Positions 36,037 through 42,459 of a DNA stretch of 42,459 bases are shown in pieces. The translations under genes and the position numbers were made by a program. Below the pieces are notes generated by a model, which saw only the letters and a list, made by a program, of their open reading frames with translations, was not told where the DNA came from and did no database searches. How positions within the stretch are numbered: position 1 is the stretch's first letter; each line of letters opens with the position of its first letter. The DNA comes from Alloprevotella sp. (GTDB lineage Bacteria > Bacteroidota > Bacteroidia > Bacteroidales > Bacteroidaceae): the NCBI GenBank assembly GCA_051868815.1, contig JBJEAH010000116.1:1-42459 (forward strand), given 5' to 3'.

Positions 36037-36273
36037 ATGAAGAAGTTAATGATGCTTGCCACCATGGCAATTTTCTGCGTCAGCATGAACGCGCAGGAAC
36101 CCCAGAAGAAAGAATGTTGCAAGAAGGAGAAGACCGAATGCTGCAAGAAGGACAGTGCCTGCTGCAAGAAGAAAGGCGACTGCCCCAAGCAAAAGGCAGA
36201 TGGCTGCAAGAAGGACAGCACTTGCTGCAAGCAGAAAGGCGAAGGTTGCAAGAAAGCCTGCGACAAGAAATAA
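36037..36273 (+). CDS. Small exported Cys/Lys-rich repeat protein (metallothionein-like composition)
   Basis: Signal peptide ..VSMNA|Q; the 59-aa mature part has 12 Cys and 20 Lys in CCKK repeats; own promoter and terminator. Confidence 0.85.
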   Translation: MKKLMMLATMAIFCVSMNAQEPQKKECCKKEKTECCKKDSACCKKKGDCPKQKADGCKKDSTCCKQKGEGCKKACDKK

Positions 36274-36295
36274 TGTTTTAGAAAACCAATATTGG

Positions 36296-36330
36296 AAAGA
36301 GGAGGCCATCAAGCCCTCCTCTTTTTTGTT
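36296..36330 (+). terminator. Terminator of the Cys-rich gene
   Basis: AAAGAGGAGG..CCTCCTCTTT hairpin followed by a T-run. Confidence 0.8.
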
Positions 36331-36452
36331 GCGTCCCATTCTATCGCGCGTTGCCTTCCTTTCGTATTTCCCACCCGCCTTTTGGGACACATCAAAATCC
36401 TTTTACACCCCCCCCCCGAAAGCAAAGACTTTTCAAAAAAATACACACTTTT

Positions 36453-36483
36453 TTTGCGCTTTCAGAAAAACGCTATATCTTTG
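36453..36483 (+). promoter_or_regulatory. Sigma-A promoter of susC-susD
   Basis: TTTG-N19-TATCTTTG. Confidence 0.75.
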
Positions 36484-36586
36484 CCAAGACAAACTATCTG
36501 CGCAGAAAGGTGACAACGGGTCCGACTTTCATAGCAGACAAGCACATCAGTTTTTTTACGGACTCATCCTTAAATCTATTTCCTAT

Positions 36587-39500
36587 ATGCTTAAACCCAT
36601 TAAATCTGTCAGCATGGCGCTTATGGCGGCAGCAGTGACGGGCATGCCCCTCTTCGCTGCACCGATCGAAGCACATGCCGAGGTTGCCGCTGTGCAACAG
36701 ACAGGCGTTGTGAAAGGTGTCGTCAAGGACGATGCCGGACAGCCGGCTATCGGAGCCGTTGTCTTCGTGGTAGGAACGAAAAACTCAACCACTACCGACG
36801 TTGACGGCTCGTTTACATTAAAGAATGTGCATAAAGGCGCAACCATCCGCATCTCCCTGATTGGCTACAAACGTCAGGACATCAAGTGGGAAGGGGGCAC
36901 CCTTAATGTTACCCTCGAAAGCAACGACAACTCTTTCGAAGAGGTTGTAGTTACCGCCATGGGTATCGCCCGTAAGGAAAAGTCGCTTACATACGCCACC
37001 CAGCAGATTAAGAACGACGAATTCATGAAAGTGCAGGATCCCAACCTCGTGAACTCTATCGAAGGCAAGGTTTCCGGCGTTACCATCACCCCCAGCGCAG
37101 GTGGCGCGGGCGGTGCCTCCAAGATTATCCTCCGTGGTAACAAGTCTATTATGGGTAACAACCAGCCGCTTATCGTTGTGGACGGTATACCTATGACCAA
37201 CAACACGCGCGGGCAGATGGACGGCACGGGCGACATCGCCGTGCTCAACTCCACCGCCGTGAGCGAAGGCTCCGACCCCCTCTCTCAGATTAACCCCGAC
37301 GACATCGAGTCGATGAACATCCTGAAAGGCGCTAACGCCGCCGCACTCTACGGCTCGGCTGCCGCCAACGGTGTCGTGATGATTACCACGAAGAAGGGTA
37401 AGGAAGGCAGGCTCGACGTGAACTTCACCTCCAATGTTACTTTCGACACCCCGCTCCTCACGCCTGAAATCCAAAACCGCTACGGCGCGTCGATCAACGG
37501 CACGAGCATCAGTAAGGACAGCTGGGGACCCGCGCTTGGCAACACTGGTAACCATTACACTTTGCAAAGTGCTGACGGCAAGACGGTTTACCTGCGCGAC
37601 CAGGCTTACGATGACATCAAGGACTTCTATCGCCTCGGTGTTACTACGAACAACTCCATCTCGCTCTCCGGCGGTACGGAAAAGATACGCACCTACGTGT
37701 CTTACGCCAACTCGCACGCCAACGGTATGATCCGCACGAACAGTTACAACCGTAACACGTTCGCCTTCCGCCAGTCATACAAGTTCTTCAAGCGCGTGAC
37801 CATTGACGTAAACGCCAACTACGTGCAGACAGTGACGAAAAACCGTACGTCCGGCGGTAAGGTGCTCAACCCCATCTACGACCTCTATACCGCTCCGCGC
37901 AATGTGGATATGCGTTATTATAAGGACAATTATCAGGGCTACGGCACTTGGACTTCCGCTCCGCAAAACGGCTGGCTCATGGATCCCACAAAGGGTAACA
38001 ACTACGTTTGGGGCAGCAAGACCTATCAGCTCACCGGTCTCATGCAGCAGTGGGCTATCAACAACGCCGGCAACAACAACCCCTATTGGCTCATGAACAT
38101 GAACCAAGGCAAGGACAAGGAAGACCGCTTCTATGGCTACTTCCAAGGAAAGGTTGACATCTGGGACGGTCTCTCTTTCCAAGCCCGCGTATCGCTCGAC
38201 CACACGAAGTTCAACTCCGAAAGCCACCGCTACGCCACTACGCAGTTGCCCAGCTCTATGGACGATTTCGGCCGCTATTGGCTCAATAACCAGAAGACGA
38301 ATGAACTCTATACCGACTACCTCCTCAGCTATAACAAGAAGTTTGGCGACTGGAGCGTATCGGCTACTGCCGGCTACGTAGGCCACACGCTCAAGTCGCA
38401 GAGCGTTTCAACCGATGTGACCGCCACGCAGTTCGACGGACAGCGCAAGTTCCTCTCCGATGACAAGGTCGTCATCAACCGCTTCGAGCCGAACTCCGGC
38501 GGTGACGGCGCAACCTCCAAGTCCGAAGACTCCAACTGGGACAAGGCCGCCCTCGTTACGGCGCAGATTGGTTGGAAAGACTACGTTTACGTGGACGGTT
38601 CTTACCGCCGCGACTGGTACCGCGCTTTCAAGCAGTTCGCTTACATGGGTACGCCCGACAACTATGGCTATTTCGGCTTCGGTGCCAACGCCATTCTCTC
38701 CTCGCTCCTCAAACTGCCTGAATGGTTTAACTATGCCAAGTATCGCCTCAGCTACTCTGAAGTAGGTAACTCCATTCCCAACAGTGTCTACAACCTCGCC
38801 GTCAGCAACAACGTGCGCGGTACGACCACGCTCTCCGGCTACAACAGCTTCTGGCCCATTCCTGAAAAGACCAAGTCGTTTGAAACGGGTCTGGAAATGC
38901 AGTTCTTCAACAACCGCCTCAATGCCGACATTACTTATTATAACTCGGCCATGCACAATTCCTATCTCGAAATCTCCGGCACCAACGGCCGCACGCAGCC
39001 TGTCAATACGGGCGTTATCCGCAACCAGGGTGTTGAACTGACGCTCGGCTACGACTGGAAGATTTCTAAGGACTGGCGTTGGAAGACTTCTGTTAACTTC
39101 TCGTTCAACAAGAATAAGATTGTCGAAACCTACCGCGACGAGCAGGGTAATCCCAAGATGCTTACGCAGAGCCTCGCCGGCGTGCAGGTGCGCTATGTCG
39201 AAGGCGGTTCTTACGGCGATATGTACGTGAGCGATTTCCGTCGTTGGCAGACCGATGTTTATCAGTATGAAGTGCCCGACGTGAATGGCGGTGCCCCCAC
39301 CGTTTATTACACTAATTCGCCCACGGCCGATGCAGCTGGCAACCCCCTCGCCGAAGGTATTACCACAACTAAGATTCACAATGCAGGCGACATCTACGTC
39401 AACTCCGAAGGCAAACCGACCATCGACGGTAGCTTCGCATACGTGAAGCCCAGCGGCACGATCAGCAACACGCCGAGCAATCCTTACAGCAAGTACATCG

Positions 39501-40039
39501 GCAACATGAACTCCAAGTTCCAAATTGGTTGGTCGAACTCATTCCACTTTAAGGACTTCACGCTCTACTTCCTCATCAACGGTCGTATCGGCGGTAAGGT
39601 GATTTCTATGACTGAAGGCTATCTCGATGCACTCGGACAGTCGCAGCGCACGGCCGATGCCCGCATGTACGCAGAAAACAACGGCATCTACGCCGACAAC
39701 GGTCAGCTCGGCATGTACGTGCCCGACGGCAGCGGACAGATTGTACCCATTCAGACTTGGTATGAAACGGTCGGTCAAAACAATCCTGCCGACTACGTTT
39801 ACGATGCCACCAACTTCCGCCTCCGCGAGCTCTCATTCGGCTACACGTTCCGCAACCTCCTCGGCGACGGCAAGAACCTCACCATCTCGTTCATCGGACG
39901 TAACCTCTTCTTTATTTATAAAGATTCTCCCGTTGATCCCGATATTTCTCTCTCCAACGGTAACGGCCTCGGTGCATTTGAAATCTTCAACCTCCCGTCC
40001 GCACGTTCCTACGGTCTGAATCTCAAACTTAATTTCTAA
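36587..40039 (+). CDS. SusC/RagA-family TonB-linked outer membrane protein
   Basis: EEVVVTAMGI, IILRGNKS..NQPLIVVDGIP, INPDDIESMNILKGANAAALYGSAAANGVVMITTKKG, C-terminal LKLNF; start placed at 36587 downstream of the promoter. Confidence 0.96.
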   Translation: MLKPIKSVSMALMAAAVTGMPLFAAPIEAHAEVAAVQQTGVVKGVVKDDAGQPAIGAVVFVVGTKNSTTTDVDGSFTLKNVHKGATIRISLIGYKRQDIKWEGGTLNVTLESNDNSFEEVVVTAMGIARKEKSLTYATQQIKNDEFMKVQDPNLVNSIEGKVSGVTITPSAGGAGGASKIILRGNKSIMGNNQPLIVVDGIPMTNNTRGQMDGTGDIAVLNSTAVSEGSDPLSQINPDDIESMNILKGANAAALYGSAAANGVVMITTKKGKEGRLDVNFTSNVTFDTPLLTPEIQNRYGASINGTSISKDSWGPALGNTGNHYTLQSADGKTVYLRDQAYDDIKDFYRLGVTTNNSISLSGGTEKIRTYVSYANSHANGMIRTNSYNRNTFAFRQSYKFFKRVTIDVNANYVQTVTKNRTSGGKVLNPIYDLYTAPRNVDMRYYKDNYQGYGTWTSAPQNGWLMDPTKGNNYVWGSKTYQLTGLMQQWAINNAGNNNPYWLMNMNQGKDKEDRFYGYFQGKVDIWDGLSFQARVSLDHTKFNSESHRYATTQLPSSMDDFGRYWLNNQKTNELYTDYLLSYNKKFGDWSVSATAGYVGHTLKSQSVSTDVTATQFDGQRKFLSDDKVVINRFEPNSGGDGATSKSEDSNWDKAALVTAQIGWKDYVYVDGSYRRDWYRAFKQFAYMGTPDNYGYFGFGANAILSSLLKLPEWFNYAKYRLSYSEVGNSIPNSVYNLAVSNNVRGTTTLSGYNSFWPIPEKTKSFETGLEMQFFNNRLNADITYYNSAMHNSYLEISGTNGRTQPVNTGVIRNQGVELTLGYDWKISKDWRWKTSVNFSFNKNKIVETYRDEQGNPKMLTQSLAGVQVRYVEGGSYGDMYVSDFRRWQTDVYQYEVPDVNGGAPTVYYTNSPTADAAGNPLAEGITTTKIHNAGDIYVNSEGKPTIDGSFAYVKPSGTISNTPSNPYSKYIGNMNSKFQIGWSNSFHFKDFTLYFLINGRIGGKVISMTEGYLDALGQSQRTADARMYAENNGIYADNGQLGMYVPDGSGQIVPIQTWYETVGQNNPADYVYDATNFRLRELSFGYTFRNLLGDGKNLTISFIGRNLFFIYKDSPVDPDISLSNGNGLGAFEIFNLPSARSYGLNLKLNF

Positions 40040-40048
40040 AAAGCAGAA

Positions 40049-41860
40049 ATGATGAAACGCAAAATATTCTTTTCAGTCCTGGCTGTGGCAACCGCTTTCA
40101 GCTTGCAGTCCTGCCTCGACTACGATGTGCCCGGCGATGAATTGAACTCTGACCAGTCGCAGCTCTCCAATGACTTCCAGGGTGACATTGACCAAGTTAA
40201 TTACCACCACCAAACGTCAGAGGAAGGATTTGAGGCAGCCTATACCGCCTTGGCCCCTTATCTCGGTTCGTGCAAAACGGCGCAGTATTGCCTGCGCGGC
40301 GGTAAGAACGGCGACGTGCCCGGCGCACACGCCTATCAGCGTCAGTATGGCCTCGGTACCGACTGCTACGCCAACTACATGACCATTCCTCACCGCGACT
40401 TCATGTATGGCACGTGGACCTCTACCTACAACAACTCCAACGACTTCAACGGCGACCCGCGCGGCAGCTACACCATGGTGAAAAACGGCATTATACCCGT
40501 GCTCAACCACCCGCAGATCGACAGTATTCCCGAAGTCAAGGCCATCAACCTCCTTTACTACTGCATCTCCGCACAGGAAATGGCCGACATCTCCGGTCCG
40601 TTCACCTATATCGAAGACAAGAAGAACATAGAAAATCCTTCTGTCTACAACGATATGGAGACCATTTACAAAGGCATCGTGCAGAACCTCGATACAATCG
40701 TGGCTTGCCTGCGCAACTTCTCCTCCCGCCCCGAATGGTACAAGAACCGCGTGGGTGACGTGCTGATGTCCAACAACGAGACCAACCGCGACCTGCTTAG
40801 TGGCTTCAGCGGCATGACCACTTACATCAAGCTGGCCAACTCCTTGAAGCTCCGTATGGCGATGCACATTGTGAAGGTTGAGCCTGGACTTGCACAGAAA
40901 TGGGCAGAAGAAGCCGTGCGCGACGGCGTGGTAGAATCCATTGAAGAACAGTCTGGTTTGTTCCCCATGGTCAGCGGCTTCTCGCACCCTATGGTTACCA
41001 TTATCGACTCTTGGGGTGACTCCCGCATCTCCGCATCGTTCGAGAGCTTGCTCATGAGCCTTGACCATCCTTACACAAAGTATTTGATTCAGAAAAATTC
41101 CAACGAGATTACCAACAAGAAGACAGGCGAAGTGCTTCCCGCTAACTCCAAGATTGTTGGTATTCGCAGCGGCACGCTGGTCGGCGATGGCCAGAGCTAC
41201 GGACAGAACCAGCGTCAGGCTTACTCAGGCATCGACCGCAACTACTTGAATGACGCTCCGCTTTACCTTGTGAAGTTTGCCGAAGTAGACTTCCTGCGTG
41301 CTGAAGGTGCGCTGCGCGGCTGGAACATGGGCGGCACCCCAGAGTTCTTCTACGAGCGCGGCATTCGCAACGCGTATCTCGAAGAACCGTGGTTTGTGTT
41401 TGAATACAACGACCTCGTCGAGGAATACCTGCAGCGCGAAAAGCCCGTTGAAATAGAGGACGAGAATGGGAATAAACATTGCTACATCCAATCTGACCCT
41501 ATGGGCGACGGCGAAGATTGGCCGAGCCTTACCACGATTGGTGTGAAGTGGAACGAAGCCGACTCCAAGGAAACGAAGCTTGAAAAGATCATCACGCAGA
41601 AGTACATCGCCCTCTTCCCCCTCTCCACAGAGGCATGGACGGAACTGCGCCGCACAGGTTATCCCAAGTGCTTCCCCGTGCTTAACACGAACGACGGCGA
41701 CGGTTCTATCCCTCAGGGCGAACTGATCCGCCGCGTGCCTTGGCAGAGCACCGACCCCATTGAGATACAGAACATCAACAACACGGGTATCACGGCCCTC
41801 GGCGGACCTGACTTGCAGGCCACGCGCCTCTGGTGGGACGTTGATGCACCTAACTTCTAA
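40049..41860 (+). CDS. SusD/RagB-family lipoprotein
   Basis: Lipobox SLQSC; ANSLKLRMAMHI, AEVDFLRAEGAL, IITQKYIALFP..EAWTELRRTGYP, TRLWWD; directly follows susC. Confidence 0.95.
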   Translation: MMKRKIFFSVLAVATAFSLQSCLDYDVPGDELNSDQSQLSNDFQGDIDQVNYHHQTSEEGFEAAYTALAPYLGSCKTAQYCLRGGKNGDVPGAHAYQRQYGLGTDCYANYMTIPHRDFMYGTWTSTYNNSNDFNGDPRGSYTMVKNGIIPVLNHPQIDSIPEVKAINLLYYCISAQEMADISGPFTYIEDKKNIENPSVYNDMETIYKGIVQNLDTIVACLRNFSSRPEWYKNRVGDVLMSNNETNRDLLSGFSGMTTYIKLANSLKLRMAMHIVKVEPGLAQKWAEEAVRDGVVESIEEQSGLFPMVSGFSHPMVTIIDSWGDSRISASFESLLMSLDHPYTKYLIQKNSNEITNKKTGEVLPANSKIVGIRSGTLVGDGQSYGQNQRQAYSGIDRNYLNDAPLYLVKFAEVDFLRAEGALRGWNMGGTPEFFYERGIRNAYLEEPWFVFEYNDLVEEYLQREKPVEIEDENGNKHCYIQSDPMGDGEDWPSLTTIGVKWNEADSKETKLEKIITQKYIALFPLSTEAWTELRRTGYPKCFPVLNTNDGDGSIPQGELIRRVPWQSTDPIEIQNINNTGITALGGPDLQATRLWWDVDAPNF

Positions 41861-41871
41861 TACACTATAAT

Positions 41872-41906
41872 TAATAGGGGCGTATAATATCTATGCGCCC
41901 CTATTA
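41872..41906. terminator. Hairpin after susD (REP-like; terminator or mRNA stabiliser)
   Basis: TAATAGGGGCGTATA-ATATC-TATGCGCCCCTATTA 15-bp stem with one G-U pair. Confidence 0.65.
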
Positions 41907-41941
41907 TAAAAGATACCCGAAAGGAAAACAAAAACCGTTTT

Positions 41942-42071
41942 GTTGCCCTGAAAGTGAATATTTTCCGAACGGTTGCCCTGAAAGGAAATAACCACATGGT
42001 TGCCCTGAAAGTGAATATTTTCCGAATGGTTGCCCTGAAAGTGAATATTTTCCGAACGGTTGCCCTGAAAG
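41942..42071. repeat. Tandem 27-30-bp repeats, each starting GTTGCCCTGAAAG
   Basis: Core at 41942, 41972, 41999, 42029 and 42059; three units continue TGAATATTTTCCGAAYG. Confidence 0.9.
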
Positions 42072-42261
42072 GGCATAATAACATAGCACAGGGGCTTGCC
42101 CCTGTGGAAAGGTGATTGCGGTCGATTGCCCCTGTAAGGGGCTAAAAATTAAAAGATCAAACAATAATAATTATAAGCCCCTTACAGGGGCAATCGAACG
42201 CACAACGCCCTACGTAGGGGCAAGCCCCTACGCTAATCTATTAGCCCCTTTCAGGGGCGCA
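42061..42261. repeat. REPIN/BIME-like palindrome cluster, copy 2 (inverted relative to copy 1)
   Basis: Same six hairpins in reverse-complement order to 23791-23997, with diverged linkers. Confidence 0.85.
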
Positions 42262-42308
42262 TTATCACGGAATAATCCTTTACCGGGGCGCATTATCACG
42301 GAATAATC
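42254..42308. repeat. Direct duplication of GGGGCGCATTATCACGGAATAATC (31-bp period)
   Basis: Copies at 42254-42277 and 42285-42308 at the right end of the REPIN. Confidence 0.85.
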
Positions 42309-42459
42309 TTTAGGGTCGCGTTTTCGCGGAACTATATACCTCAAACGTTATCCCCCTCAATGTCTCAATCTCTGTCAAAAATTTACGTTCACCTCGTGTT
42401 TTCCACAAAAGGACGCACCGAAACGTTACCTAATAAACATTTGACAGAAGTGCATTCCT

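Noticed and set aside
36155-36586. 144-aa N-terminal extension of the SusC ORF
   Set aside because: It overlaps the Cys-rich gene, its terminator and the susC promoter; the signal-peptide-like sequence begins at the ATG at 36587.
41942-42071. GTTGCCCTGAAAG repeats as a mini-CRISPR
   Set aside because: The repeat is only 13 bp, spacers are 14-17 nt and three of four are near-identical, and the core is the end of the adjacent REPIN.
41857-42306. Small ORFs after susD
   Set aside because: They are translations of tandem repeats and REP hairpins.

Overview
Chromosomal segment of a Bacteroidales bacterium, probably Prevotellaceae-like (TAnnTTTG -7 promoters, SusC/SusD pair, T9SS-type C-terminal signal, pheA-aminotransferase-aroF/CM-tyrA order). 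It holds mostly housekeeping genes: TonB-dependent receptor, rsfS-ftsH-cdsA-hemolysin III, padR-pspC-PAP2, tetR, xth-sppA-lpxK-punA-DUF554-purA, a Phe/Tyr biosynthesis operon, rplU-rpmA, a large secreted GH20, wzx-YugP-MATE-CMK-like-YfcE, a three-gene biotin carboxyltransferase locus, a small secreted Cys/Lys-rich protein and susC-susD. I found no rRNA, tRNA, CRISPR array or intact transposase. The most interesting signals are absent from the ORF track. (1) A complete Phe/Tyr leader-peptide attenuator (MAYNAQFFGFYFYFAQ, with 1:2/2:3/3:4 hairpins) precedes pheA. (2) There are several families of small palindromic elements: a 62-bp hairpin with compensatory changes, one copy of which splits a DUF1016 gene remnant; a ~230-bp element with four 21-bp-phased palindromes; a ~200-bp REPIN-like element with tandemly amplified ends; and a single 123-bp multi-stem element. 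(3) An AT-rich motif, YACAWTATTATATA, recurs about eight times, including inside genes via unusual codons. All calls come from reading the sequence by eye; no database searches were run, so novelty is unverified.
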